From an uncultured Actinomycetes bacterium (lineage in GTDB: Bacteria > Actinomycetota > UBA4738 > HRBIN12): DNA of 64,000 nucleotides. The stretch spans positions 1,760,001-1,824,000 of the forward strand of contig OY969934.1 in the NCBI GenBank assembly GCA_963704725.1, given 5' to 3'. Positions 19,195 through 28,462 of the stretch are shown in pieces. Positions within the stretch are counted from its first letter, which is position 1; each line of letters begins with the position of its first letter. The translations under genes and the position numbers were made by a program. Under the pieces are notes generated by a model. The model did no database searches, was not told the DNA's origin, and saw nothing but the letters and a program-made list of their open reading frames with translations.

Positions 19195-19638
19195 ATGACC
19201 GAGCAGACCGAGGGTCAGATCGTCATCGAGGCCTCCGCGGCCGAGATCATGGACGTGCTGACCGACTTCGAGGCCTACCCTCAATGGGCCGACGTGAAGT
19301 CCGCCACGGTGCTCGAGCGCGGGGAGGGCGGTCTCGGCACCCGGGTGGCCTTCGAGGTCGACGTCCCGGTCCTGGGACGGGCGAGCTACACGCTCGCGTA
19401 CCGGTACGCGCCCGGCGACGGCGGGATGTCGTGGGTCTCGACCGAGGCCCGCGGCGCCGTGTCCGACATCTCCGGCGAGTACCTGCTCAGCGAGGTCGAC
19501 GACGACGAGACCAAGGTGATCTACCGGCTCTCGGTCAACCTGGGGGTGCTGCTGCCGGGGTTCGTCCGGACGCAGGGCGAGAAGCGCGTGATCGAGAACG
19601 CGCTCGAGGGCCTGAAGCGCCGCGTCGAGCTGGGCTGA
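19195..19638 (+). CDS. SRPBCC (START-like/cyclase) family protein
   Basis: DFEAYPQWA...Y.L.Y.Y...W...G.Y...LEGLKRRVE. Confidence 0.85.
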   Translation: MTEQTEGQIVIEASAAEIMDVLTDFEAYPQWADVKSATVLERGEGGLGTRVAFEVDVPVLGRASYTLAYRYAPGDGGMSWVSTEARGAVSDISGEYLLSEVDDDETKVIYRLSVNLGVLLPGFVRTQGEKRVIENALEGLKRRVELG

Positions 19639-19683
19639 CCGCGCCGGTTCGGCGGGCCGCCGCCCGCGCTAGGCTGTGGCCAG

Positions 19684-20892
19684 ATGCGCGTCCTGCTGTT
19701 CACCGGGAAGGGCGGCGTGGGCAAGACCACCGTCGCCGCCGCCACCTCGGTCCGAGCCGCGCAGGCCGGCCACCGGACGCTGGTGATGAGCACCGACCCC
19801 GCGCACTCCCTCGCGGACTCGTTCGACATCGAGATCGGCGAGAGCGCCACGCCGGTCGCCGCGAACCTGTGGGCGGAGCAGATCGACGCCCAGAGCCGGC
19901 TCGAGAGCAACTGGCGCGAGATCCAGGACTACTTCATCCAGCTCATGAACTGGGCCGGCGTCGACACGATCCAGGCCGAGGAGCTTTCGGTGATTCCCGG
20001 GCTGGACGAGATCTTCAGCCTGATCGACGTGAAGACGCACGTCGAGAGCGGGAAGTACGACCTCCTGGTCGTCGACTGCGCGCCGACCGCCGAGACGCTC
20101 CGTCTCCTGTCGCTGCCGGAGATCATGAACTGGTACATCGAGCGGATCTTCCCCGTGCAGCGCCGTCTGGTGAAGGGCGTCCGCCCGATCGTGACGAAGA
20201 TGACGTCGTTGCCCATCGCCGGCGATCGCTTCTTCTCGGCCGTCGAGCGCCTGCACCGCAACCTGGATTCGGTGCACCGGATCCTCACGGACGAGGCGGC
20301 CTCGACGATCCGGCTGGTGGTGAACCCGGAGAAGATGGTGATCGCGGAGGCGCGTCGCACGTACACCTACCTCGGGCTCTTCGGGTACCGCGTCGACGCC
20401 GTGGTCGTGAACCGCATCATCCCGGAGGACGTGGCCGATCCGTACTTCGCCAAGTGGAAGGACATCCAGGCGGAGCACCTTCGGACCGTGCACGAGTCGT
20501 TCGAGCCGATCCCGATCCTGACCGCGCGGCTGTTCGATCGCGAGATGATCGGCGTCTCGCTGCTCGAGGACATGGGCCGCGAGGTCTACGGGGAGCGCTC
20601 GGTCACCGACGTGTTCTTCCGCGACCAGCCGATCCGCGTCCGACGCCGGGCCGGGGGATACGTCCTCGTGATGCGGCTCCCGTTCGTCTCGCGGGAGGAC
20701 ATGGACATCCATCGCCGGGGCGAGGAGCTCTACGTCCGGGTCGGCACCTACAAGCGCAACCTGGTGCTGCCCCAGACGCTGCAACGGTTGGAGGTCCGCG
20801 GCGCGAACTTCGTGGGCGACCAGCTCGAGATCGCGTTCACCCGGGCCACGCCGTCCGAGGCCGAAGGAACCGGAGGGAGGACACGTGCCTGA
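19684..20892 (+). CDS. ArsA/Get3-family ATPase with C-terminal HSP20-like domain
   Basis: FTGKGGVGKTT, STDPAHSL, DCAPTAETLRLL; C-terminal ELYVRVGTYKRNLVLP. Confidence 0.9.
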   Translation: MRVLLFTGKGGVGKTTVAAATSVRAAQAGHRTLVMSTDPAHSLADSFDIEIGESATPVAANLWAEQIDAQSRLESNWREIQDYFIQLMNWAGVDTIQAEELSVIPGLDEIFSLIDVKTHVESGKYDLLVVDCAPTAETLRLLSLPEIMNWYIERIFPVQRRLVKGVRPIVTKMTSLPIAGDRFFSAVERLHRNLDSVHRILTDEAASTIRLVVNPEKMVIAEARRTYTYLGLFGYRVDAVVVNRIIPEDVADPYFAKWKDIQAEHLRTVHESFEPIPILTARLFDREMIGVSLLEDMGREVYGERSVTDVFFRDQPIRVRRRAGGYVLVMRLPFVSREDMDIHRRGEELYVRVGTYKRNLVLPQTLQRLEVRGANFVGDQLEIAFTRATPSEAEGTGGRTRA

Positions 20893-21178
20893 ATCACGCG
20901 CCAGCGGAGGCCGGACACGCCGGCCGGCGGAGCCGGTATCCCCGAACGGGGACGCGGGGAAGGGAACGCGAGGTCTCGTCTGCAACGTCGCGTTCTGTCC
21001 GATCTGCATGGCCGTCACGGCCGCGCAGGGGGCGGCCCCGGACGCGGTCGAGCATCTGCTGAAGGCGGCCGGGGAGTTCTTCCTCGCCGCGCGCGCCGTG
21101 ATCGACGTCCGCGGCGACCACCTCGCCGGCCGGAGTGACGCCGGCCCTGCAACGCTCGAGAGGATCGACATCGCATGA
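20885..21178 (+). CDS. Hypothetical protein (SCO2127/DUF5304-like position)
   Basis: C...FCPIC...PDAVEHLL.A..E...AAR...ERIDI; overlaps both neighbours. Confidence 0.65.
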   Translation: MPESRASGGRTRRPAEPVSPNGDAGKGTRGLVCNVAFCPICMAVTAAQGAAPDAVEHLLKAAGEFFLAARAVIDVRGDHLAGRSDAGPATLERIDIA

Positions 21179-22299
21179 CCGAGCTCGACCGAAGCCTGCT
21201 GCGCAAGCTGGCCGACTGGGACAGCGCCGGCGCCCCGATCACGTCGCTCTACCTGACCGTCGACGGTCGCCGGTTCCCCCGCAAGACCGACTACCAGGTG
21301 CGGCTCGACGAGCTCCTTCGCGAGGCCCGCACGAGCGCCGAGGCCCTGGACCGCGACGGGGCGCGCTCGGTCGAGCGGGACGTCGTGGCCATGTCCGAGT
21401 TCGTGCGGGAGGAGTTCGAGCGCGGCGACACGCGGGGTCTGGCGATGTTCGCCGCGAGCGCGGCCGGCCTGTGGGAGGTCGTTCTCGTGCCGCGTCCCGT
21501 CCGCGACCGAGTCGTCGTGGCGGCCCAGCCGGACCTGCTGCCGATGGAGGCCCTGCTCGAGACGTACCGGCCGATGTGCGCCGCGCTCGTGGACTACGCG
21601 CGAGGGCGGCTCTTCCTCATGGAGCTGGGTCGCCTCGAGGAGGTGTCGGACGTCGCCGACGACGTCCCGAACCGCCACGACCAGGGCGGGCGCGAGCAGC
21701 TGCGGAGGCAGCGGCACGTCGACGACCACCGAACCAAGCACCTCAAGAACGTGGCGGACGCCCTGTTCGCGCTGTTCCGGCGGCGGCCCTTCGAGCACCT
21801 GGTGCTGGCGGGCCCGGCGGAGGCGCACCGGGAGATCGAGGCCCTGCTGCACGACTACGTCCGGCGCCGGATCTGCGCGAGCGTCACCCTGCCGATGACG
21901 GCGAGCGGACCCGAGGTGCTCTCGCGGATGCTCGAGGCCGAAGAATCGGTCGAACGCGAGCGCGAGCGCGCGGCGATCGAACGCGTGACCGACGCGGTGT
22001 CGGCGAACGCACATGGCGTGGTGGGGCTCGAGGCGACGCTCGACGCGCTGGCCGCGGGCCGGGTCGCCGAGCTCATCGTCTCGATCGACGTCTCGTCGCC
22101 GGGGACGGTGTGTCCGACGTGCGGCCGCCTGGCCATCGGCGCCGCGCGCTGCGGAGCCTGCGGCGCCGAGACCGAGCGCGTGCCCGACGTCGTCGAGGCC
22201 GCGGTCACGACCGCGGTGCGCAGCGGCTCGCTGGTGGAGACGGTGCTGGGCGACGGGCTCGACGAGCTCGAGGGGATCGGTGCGCTGCTGCGCTTCTGA
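21175..22299 (+). CDS. Bacterial archaeo-eukaryotic release factor (baeRF/VLRF1-like) homologue with Zn ribbon
   Basis: SLYL.VDG, RGLAMFA, HDQGGREQLRRQRH loop, LVLAG, TLDALAAGRV, CPTCG...CGACG, GIGALLRF. Confidence 0.8.
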   Translation: MTELDRSLLRKLADWDSAGAPITSLYLTVDGRRFPRKTDYQVRLDELLREARTSAEALDRDGARSVERDVVAMSEFVREEFERGDTRGLAMFAASAAGLWEVVLVPRPVRDRVVVAAQPDLLPMEALLETYRPMCAALVDYARGRLFLMELGRLEEVSDVADDVPNRHDQGGREQLRRQRHVDDHRTKHLKNVADALFALFRRRPFEHLVLAGPAEAHREIEALLHDYVRRRICASVTLPMTASGPEVLSRMLEAEESVERERERAAIERVTDAVSANAHGVVGLEATLDALAAGRVAELIVSIDVSSPGTVCPTCGRLAIGAARCGACGAETERVPDVVEAAVTTAVRSGSLVETVLGDGLDELEGIGALLRF

Positions 22300-22320
22300 G
22301 CGCTCGGACGGGGGGAACCG

Positions 22321-23280
22321 GTGAGCGAAGGCGAGGCCGTCGGGATCGACGTCGGCGGCACGAAGATCAACGCGTTCCGCGTGGCGCGCGACGGCGAGAT
22401 CCTGGATCGCAAGAGCGTCCCCACGCCGGCCGACGATCCGGAGGCCACGCTCGCCGCGATGATCGATCTCGCGCGGGCCACGGTGACCGACGACGTCCTC
22501 GCGATCGGCGTCGGGGCGGCCGGCATGGTCGACGCCGCCGACGGCGTGCTGCGCTTCGCTCCGAACCTGGCGTGGCGGGACCTGCCGATCGCCGCGCGTA
22601 TGCGTGAGGCCCTCGACCTGCCATGCCAGATCGACAACGACGCGAACGTGGCGGCGTACGGCGAGTACCGCTTCGGCGCGGGCCGGGGGTTCCGCCACAT
22701 GCTCCTCGTCGCCGTGGGCACCGGGATCGGCGGGGGGATCATCTCGGAGGGCCGTCTGTTCCGCGGGGCCAACGGTTTCGCCGCCGAGATCGGCCACTTC
22801 GTCGTGGAGCCGGGGGGTCCGCTGTGCGGGTGCGGCAACCGGGGCTGCTGGGAGCAGGTGGCCGCCGGCCGGGCCATCGACCGTATGGGCCGTGAGGCCG
22901 CCCGGGAGCACGAGCGCTCGGTCCTTCGGCGGCTCGCGGGGGGCGATCCCGAGCGGGTCGACGGCCGGCTGGTCACCGAGGCCGCTCGGCAGGGCGACGA
23001 GCCCGCGCTGCGCGTGCTGTCCGAGGTCGGGCGGCGGCTGGGCGAGGGGATCGGCGGGCTGGTGAACATCCTGGACCCGCAGATCGTCGTGGTGGGGGGC
23101 GGAGCCATCCGCGCGGGCGACCTGCTGCTCGAGCCGGCCCGCGCCGCGTACCACGACGCCGTGCAGGCGCCCGATCACCGGCCGAGGGTGCCCATCGTCG
23201 CCGCCCAGCTCGGGAACGACGCGGGGGCGGTGGGGGCGGCGGTCCTGGCGCTCGAGGAGCTCGGCCGCATGCGGGCGTGA
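22321..23280 (+). CDS. ROK family glucokinase
   Basis: GIDVGGTKI, DNDANVAAYGE, GTGIGGG, AEIGH...CGCGNRGCWE. Confidence 0.9.
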   Translation: MSEGEAVGIDVGGTKINAFRVARDGEILDRKSVPTPADDPEATLAAMIDLARATVTDDVLAIGVGAAGMVDAADGVLRFAPNLAWRDLPIAARMREALDLPCQIDNDANVAAYGEYRFGAGRGFRHMLLVAVGTGIGGGIISEGRLFRGANGFAAEIGHFVVEPGGPLCGCGNRGCWEQVAAGRAIDRMGREAAREHERSVLRRLAGGDPERVDGRLVTEAARQGDEPALRVLSEVGRRLGEGIGGLVNILDPQIVVVGGGAIRAGDLLLEPARAAYHDAVQAPDHRPRVPIVAAQLGNDAGAVGAAVLALEELGRMRA

Positions 23281-24185
23281 GCGCGATGCGCCTCGGCCTG
23301 GTCCTGCCGCTGGCGACGTCCGACGCCGCCCGCGTGCTCTCGTACGCCCGGCGCGCCGAGGCCCTGGGGTTCGACGGCGTGTTCGCGTTCGACCACCTGT
23401 TCCCGCCGGGGGCGGCCTCGGACCGGCCCTCCCTCGACGGCTTCGCGTCGCTGTCGGCCGTCGCGGCCGTCACCGAGCGGGTGCGGATCGGCACGCTCGT
23501 GGCCCGCGCGTCGCTGCGCTCTGCCGGGCTGCTGGCCAAGCAGGCGGTGACGATCGACGGCATCAGCGGAGGCCGGTTCGTCCTGGGGATCGGGACCGGC
23601 GACGCCCTGAGCCGCGCCGAGCACGTCGCGTTCGGCCTGCCGTACCTGGGGCCGAAGACGCGCCGGGACCATCTCGCCGAGACCGTCCGGGCCGTACACG
23701 CGCTCTTCCGCGGGCAGGCGTACCCCGGCGGCGTCCACGTCCCCGCCGCGACGGGCCCGCTGCTGCCGCCGCCCACGACGCCGGGCGGCCCGCCGGTGTG
23801 GATCGGCGGCACGTCCGAGGCCGCGGTGCGGCTGGCCGCGGTCGAGGCCGACGGGTGGAACGGCTGGGGCCTCGACGTTTCGACGTTCGCCGCCCGCGCG
23901 GAGCTGCTGCGATCCGAGGCCGCCGGCCGTCCGGTCGAGGCGACGTGGGGGGGAACGGTCGTCGTCGGCCACGACGAGGCGGACGCCCGGTCGCTGGGCG
24001 CCGAACGCCGGCGACGGGGGCTCGCGCCGGACGCGTTCGTCGGCGACGTCGAGGGCGCGGCCCGGTGGCTCGGCGAGCTGTCCGAGGCGGGGGCGTCCTG
24101 GGCCGTCCTGCTCGTCGCGGGCGGGGCGGCCCGGCTCGAGATCCTCGGCGAGGCCATGCCGGTCCTGGTCGCGGCCGGCGGATGA
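23277..24185 (+). CDS. LLM-class flavin-dependent oxidoreductase
   Basis: GFDGVFAFDHL, IGTLV, ISGGRFVLGIG, PPVWIGG. Confidence 0.85.
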   Translation: MSAMRLGLVLPLATSDAARVLSYARRAEALGFDGVFAFDHLFPPGAASDRPSLDGFASLSAVAAVTERVRIGTLVARASLRSAGLLAKQAVTIDGISGGRFVLGIGTGDALSRAEHVAFGLPYLGPKTRRDHLAETVRAVHALFRGQAYPGGVHVPAATGPLLPPPTTPGGPPVWIGGTSEAAVRLAAVEADGWNGWGLDVSTFAARAELLRSEAAGRPVEATWGGTVVVGHDEADARSLGAERRRRGLAPDAFVGDVEGAARWLGELSEAGASWAVLLVAGGAARLEILGEAMPVLVAAGG

Positions 24186-24186
24186 G

Positions 24187-24780
24187 GTGACCGAGCTCCC
24201 CTCGCACCGGCTGAAGCAGGCCAAGCGCGCGCTCCGGCGCGCCGTGCTGGAGCGTCGCGACGCGACCCTGCCCGCCGAGCGGGCCGATCGAGGCCGCCGC
24301 ATCGTGGACCGGGCCCTGTCGCTGCCGGAGGTTGTTGATGTCGGCACCGTGATGGCGTTCTGGTCGTTCGGATCGGAGGTCGACACGGGGCCGCTCATCG
24401 AGCGCCTGCACCGGGCGGGCACGCGCGTCGTGCTTCCCCGCGTCGAGGGCGAGGACGTCGTGGCGGTCGGCTACGAGCCCGGCGACGCCGTGGCGCCGGC
24501 GCGGTTCGGCGCGATGGAGCCGACGGGTCTCGAGGTGGTCGAGCCCGGCCGGATCGACGTCGTGGTGGTGCCGGGGGTGGCGTTCGACCGCGACGGGGGC
24601 CGCGTCGGCTACGGAGGCGGCTTCTACGACCGGTTCCTCGGCCGGACCGGGCGGGGCGTGCCGGCCATCGCGATCGCGTTCGCCCTGCAGGTCGTGGATC
24701 GCGTCCCGGGCGGGCACCGCGACCGGCCGGTGGACGCGATCGTCACGGAGGACGAGGTGATCCGGTGCCGGCCGGCCTGA
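24187..24780 (+). CDS. 5-formyltetrahydrofolate cyclo-ligase
   Basis: SEVDT, VLPRV, VPGVAFDRDGGRVGYGGGFYDRFL, HRDRPVD. Confidence 0.92.
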   Translation: MTELPSHRLKQAKRALRRAVLERRDATLPAERADRGRRIVDRALSLPEVVDVGTVMAFWSFGSEVDTGPLIERLHRAGTRVVLPRVEGEDVVAVGYEPGDAVAPARFGAMEPTGLEVVEPGRIDVVVVPGVAFDRDGGRVGYGGGFYDRFLGRTGRGVPAIAIAFALQVVDRVPGGHRDRPVDAIVTEDEVIRCRPA

Positions 24781-24803
24781 CGCCCGGACCGCCGCCCAGG
24801 GCG

Positions 24804-25400
24804 ATGCGGCGCCAGCACTGGCGGCGCGCCGCCTTCGCCGCCCTCGACTTCGAGACCACGGGGCTGGACTACGAGCGGGACGCGGTCGTCTCGTACGGGC
24901 TGGTGCCGATCCGCTCCGGGCGGGTCGTGCTGGGGGAGGCCGCCCACGAGCTCGTCGCGGCCGGCGTTCGGTCGACGCCGGTGTCGATGAAGATCCACCA
25001 CATCCTGCCGCGCGACCTGCACGAGGCGCTCCCACCGGAGGAGGCGGCCGAACGGCTGCGGGCGGCGCTGGCCGGACGGTTCCTGCTGACGTGGTATGCG
25101 GACGTCGAGATCGCGTTCCTCCGGCGCCTGCTCGGCGAACGCCGCCGCCCCTGGGTCCGGCGCACGGTCGACGTCCGGCGGTTGGCCATCGAGCTCGAGC
25201 ACGCGGACCCGGACGTGCGTACGGGGCTGTCGGCGGCCGCGGCCCGGTACGGCGTCCCCGTCGCGAGCCCCCACGAGGCGCTCGACGACGCCCTCGTCAC
25301 CGCCCAGCTCTTCCTGGTCCTGGCGGCCAAGCTCGAGAGCCGGGGGTTCGGGTCCGTCCGGAGCTTCCAGCGGCTCACCGCGGTCGGCCGCCGAGCTTGA
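24804..25400 (+). CDS. DEDDh 3'-5' exonuclease (DnaQ-like)
   Basis: ALDFETTGLD...IH.I...HEALDDALVTAQLF. Confidence 0.82.
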   Translation: MRRQHWRRAAFAALDFETTGLDYERDAVVSYGLVPIRSGRVVLGEAAHELVAAGVRSTPVSMKIHHILPRDLHEALPPEEAAERLRAALAGRFLLTWYADVEIAFLRRLLGERRRPWVRRTVDVRRLAIELEHADPDVRTGLSAAAARYGVPVASPHEALDDALVTAQLFLVLAAKLESRGFGSVRSFQRLTAVGRRA

Positions 25401-25412
25401 ACGGTCAGTCAA
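25397..25412. promoter_or_regulatory. Putative operator palindrome upstream of the GcvT-like gene
   Basis: TTGAACGGTCAGTCAA; resembles TTGAACCGCCGGTCAA upstream of fhs. Confidence 0.5.
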
Positions 25413-25459
25413 AGACGTGGGAGGATGCCGCGGCATCGACCCACGGGGAGGGCCCGGGC

Positions 25460-26566
25460 ATGAGCGACGAGGCGATCACGACCGCGTTCCACGAGGTCAC
25501 GCAGGCGCAGGGCGGGACGCATGTCGCCGACGGTGGGTGGATGTGGCTCGAGGGCTTCGGCGACGTGTCCAAGGAGTACGCGGCCGTCCGCGACGACGTC
25601 GCCGTGTGGGACGTCTCGCCGCTCAACAAGTGGGACTTCAGGGGCCCGGACGCCCTGCGCGCCGCGCAGTGGCTGTTCAGCAACGACGTCATGGGGCTCG
25701 CGGTGGGGCAGGCCCGCTACGGCGCGTTCCTGGACCCCGACGGGCTCATGGTCGACGACGGCACCGTGTTCAACACGGCGCGCGAGGACCACTGCTGGGT
25801 GATGACGAACGGGAAGGACCACGACGCCTACTTCGCCGAGATGCTCGAGGGATTCGACGTCGGGTTCGAGTGGATCGCGCCGCGGATGCCGCACCTCGGC
25901 GTCATCGGCCCGCGCTCCCGCGAGGTCGTACAGAAGCTCACCGACGCCGACGTCGGTTCGCTGCGGTACTTCCGGTTCCTGCCTCGGCCCGTGACGGTGG
26001 GCGGGGTCGAGGTCTACCTCTCCCGCACCGGATTCGGCGGCGAGCTGGGCTACGAGCTGTTCCTGACGGACCCGGCGAACGCGCCCGACCTGTGGAACGC
26101 CGTGATCGGAGCGGGCGCGACGCCGTTCGGCACGGAGGCGATCGAGATCCTGCGGATCGAGGCCGGCCTGATCGTGACGGACTACGACTACGAGGCCCAC
26201 GTCCGCACACCGTTCGACTTCGGCCTGGACCGGCTCGTCGCGCTCGACCGCGACGTCGAGTTCGCGGGCAAGGACGTGCTGCGCCGGATCGCCGCCGCGC
26301 CGCCCAACCGCTTCGTGACCCTGCGGCTCGAGGGCGACGCGCTCCCCGAGTACGGCGCGTTGGTGACCAAGGACGGCCACGACCTGGGGGTCCTGACGAG
26401 CCCGGCGGACAGTCCCCGCTTCGGGAAGATCGGGCTGGCGATCATGGAGGCCGGTCATGCCGCTCCGGGCACCGAGGTCGAGGCGGCCGTGGGCGAGGGC
26501 AGGGCACCCGCCACCGTGGACGTCTGTCCGATCTACGACACCGACAAGCTCCGGCCCCGCGCCTGA
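25460..26566 (+). CDS. GcvT-family aminomethyltransferase / THF-dependent demethylase-like protein
   Basis: EYAAVR..VAVWDVSPL.K, GPDA, DDGTV, SRTGFGGELGYE, LRIEAG, PIYD. Confidence 0.85.
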   Translation: MSDEAITTAFHEVTQAQGGTHVADGGWMWLEGFGDVSKEYAAVRDDVAVWDVSPLNKWDFRGPDALRAAQWLFSNDVMGLAVGQARYGAFLDPDGLMVDDGTVFNTAREDHCWVMTNGKDHDAYFAEMLEGFDVGFEWIAPRMPHLGVIGPRSREVVQKLTDADVGSLRYFRFLPRPVTVGGVEVYLSRTGFGGELGYELFLTDPANAPDLWNAVIGAGATPFGTEAIEILRIEAGLIVTDYDYEAHVRTPFDFGLDRLVALDRDVEFAGKDVLRRIAAAPPNRFVTLRLEGDALPEYGALVTKDGHDLGVLTSPADSPRFGKIGLAIMEAGHAAPGTEVEAAVGEGRAPATVDVCPIYDTDKLRPRA

Positions 26567-26572
26567 TCCGGG

Positions 26573-27667
26573 TCAGTCGCGGAGCAGTCGTTCGACGACG
26601 CCCCGGAGCTCCTGTGCCGAGAACCCGAGCGTGGCATCCCCGACCTCGAGCTCGGCTCGCTGCACCCCGGGGACGTCGGAGGCCCAGAACGAGAAGGTCC
26701 AGATGCGCTCCTGCTCGGCCAGGCGAGCGACGGCGGCCCGCAGAGACCCCGCCTCCCGGCGCACGAACACGTGCATCATCGTCGTGTGCGGGGGATCGGG
26801 CAGCACCTCCACGTCAGGGAGGTCGCGGAGCGCCTCCGCGATCTCGAGGGCCCGTTCCCGGTAGGACGCGATGCGCGGGAACCTGGTCCGCAGGCCGTTC
26901 AGTCCCGAGGCCGCCAGCGGCCACAGGGTCCAGAGCGTGCCGCCGTGCCGCCTCCGCCACTCCCGAGCGTCCGCCACGACGTCCTGTGGCCCGGCCAGGC
27001 AGGCGCCGGCCAGCCCGCCGAGCTGCTTGTAGAACGACACGTACACGGTGTCGAAGGGCTCGGAGATCTCGGCGAGCGAGCGGCCGTAGAACGACTCGCA
27101 CCCCCACAGGCGGGCGCCGTCCATGTGGACGGCCGCGCCCCGGCTCCTGGCCCACTCTGCCTGTGCTAGCAGCTCGTCCCAGGAAGGGAGCTGCCCCCCG
27201 ATCTCCCGCTGGGGGAGCTCGAGCAGCAGCGCCGCCGGCGACTCGGAGACGGAGCGCAGGTCATCGAGCGTGAGCAGGCGGGTGGCATCGCCGACCGGTC
27301 GGCCGTGGAGCCCGTGCAGACGTTCGTATCCCCGCCCCTCGAAGAGGTCGAGGTGACAGGTCGGGTGGAACAGGATGGTCCGGCGACCCCGGCGGTCGGC
27401 GTGGACGCGCAGCGCGATCTGCTGCCCCATGGTCCCGCTGGGGAAGAACGCGGCCGACGGCTTGCCGAGGACGGAGGCCGCCTCGCGCTCGAGCTCCTCG
27501 ACCACACCACCCTCGCCGTAGACGTCGGGAGCGGCGTCCGGGGGGATCTCCGCGAGGTAGTCGGCCGGGGGGCGCCATCCGTGCCAGCTCAGGAACCGGG
27601 TGCACGCCCGCCGAAGCGAGTCCATCTCCTGCGGTGAGACCTCCGCGACCCCGTTCTCGGTCGTCAT
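26573..27667 (-). CDS. Threonine aldolase family PLP enzyme
   Basis: DVYG.GG, FPSGTMGQQ, HMDGARLW, YVSFYKQLGG. Confidence 0.85.
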   Translation of the reverse strand: MTTENGVAEVSPQEMDSLRRACTRFLSWHGWRPPADYLAEIPPDAAPDVYGEGGVVEELEREAASVLGKPSAAFFPSGTMGQQIALRVHADRRGRRTILFHPTCHLDLFEGRGYERLHGLHGRPVGDATRLLTLDDLRSVSESPAALLLELPQREIGGQLPSWDELLAQAEWARSRGAAVHMDGARLWGCESFYGRSLAEISEPFDTVYVSFYKQLGGLAGACLAGPQDVVADAREWRRRHGGTLWTLWPLAASGLNGLRTRFPRIASYRERALEIAEALRDLPDVEVLPDPPHTTMMHVFVRREAGSLRAAVARLAEQERIWTFSFWASDVPGVQRAELEVGDATLGFSAQELRGVVERLLRD

Positions 27668-27790
27668 GCCGGCGTCCTCTCCAAGCGGAGCGCGTGAGTC
27701 TATCCGGAGAACGGGACCCGGGAACCGGAGCCGCGAACGTGGATGGATGACACCCGTCTTCCCCTCCCGCGCCTGGTCACATCGGGCCGG

Positions 27791-27818
27791 TTGACGCCGG
27801 GCGCCCGCGGGCTACACT
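27791..27818 (+). promoter_or_regulatory. Housekeeping-sigma promoter for the small Cys protein/RidA pair
   Basis: TTGACG-N16-TACACT. Confidence 0.55.
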
Positions 27819-27868
27819 CGTGGAATTACGGGCGTGTGATTTCGCCCGGATCGGGGAGAGGAGACGCG

Positions 27869-28051
27869 ATGCCGCTCCACACGTGCGCACCCCCGCTGGG
27901 ATCGGAGCCGATGTCGCTCTGGGTCTGTCAGGACTGCGGGTCGACCTGGGAGGCCGTGCCCTGGAACGGCGTCTTCGACTTCGATCGGAGCGAGGCCGTC
28001 ACGCGGGCCGAGTGGATCCTGGTCGAGGGCCCCACGCAGCTGGCGGGCTGA
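27869..28051 (+). CDS. 60-aa hypothetical protein with HxC/CxxC motif
   Basis: GAGGAG RBS; MPLHTCAPP...WVCQDCGSTW... Confidence 0.6.
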   Translation: MPLHTCAPPLGSEPMSLWVCQDCGSTWEAVPWNGVFDFDRSEAVTRAEWILVEGPTQLAG

Positions 28052-28055
28052 TCGC

Positions 28056-28451
28056 ATGGCCGTGGACCTTCGAGTCGTCGAGACGCTCGCTCCGCCGCCC
28101 GGGTACTCGCACGTGGCGGTGGCCCGGGGCGGCGGGACCATGGTCTTCACGGCCGGCGCCGTTCCCCTCGACGCGCAGGGGAACCTGGTGGGCGAGGGCG
28201 ATGCGGTTGCCCAGGCGGCGCGGGTGATCGAGAACCTCCTCACGGCGCTCGAGGCCGGCGGCGCACGTCCCACTGACGTGGCCAAGACGACCGTCTACGT
28301 CGCCGGCGGGAGCCATGACACCCAGTCGTCCGTGTGGCAGGTCGTGCGGTCTTCGGCCATCGGCGCCGCGCCCAGCACGCTCGTCGGTGTGCCGACCCTG
28401 GGGTACCGCGGCCAGCTCGTCGAGGTCGAGGCCATCGCGCTCCTCGACTGA
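28056..28451 (+). CDS. RidA/YjgF family protein
   Basis: GYSHVAV, VFTAG, STLVGV..L...QLVEVEAIA. Confidence 0.85.
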   Translation: MAVDLRVVETLAPPPGYSHVAVARGGGTMVFTAGAVPLDAQGNLVGEGDAVAQAARVIENLLTALEAGGARPTDVAKTTVYVAGGSHDTQSSVWQVVRSSAIGAAPSTLVGVPTLGYRGQLVEVEAIALLD

Positions 28452-28462
28452 GGCGCCGGCCC

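Noticed and set aside
19684-20892. Arsenic resistance locus
   Set aside because: No arsB/arsC/arsR/arsD; single ATPase domain with an HSP20-like tail in a housekeeping context
19669-23178. 1169-aa minus-strand ORF (and similar long ORFs such as 10007-12799 + and 27999-30512 -)
   Set aside because: These overlap well-supported genes on other frames or strands and have low-complexity translations
27770-27850. CRP/GlxR site (TCACA and TGTGA half-sites)
   Set aside because: The half-sites are not arranged as TGTGA-N6-TCACA
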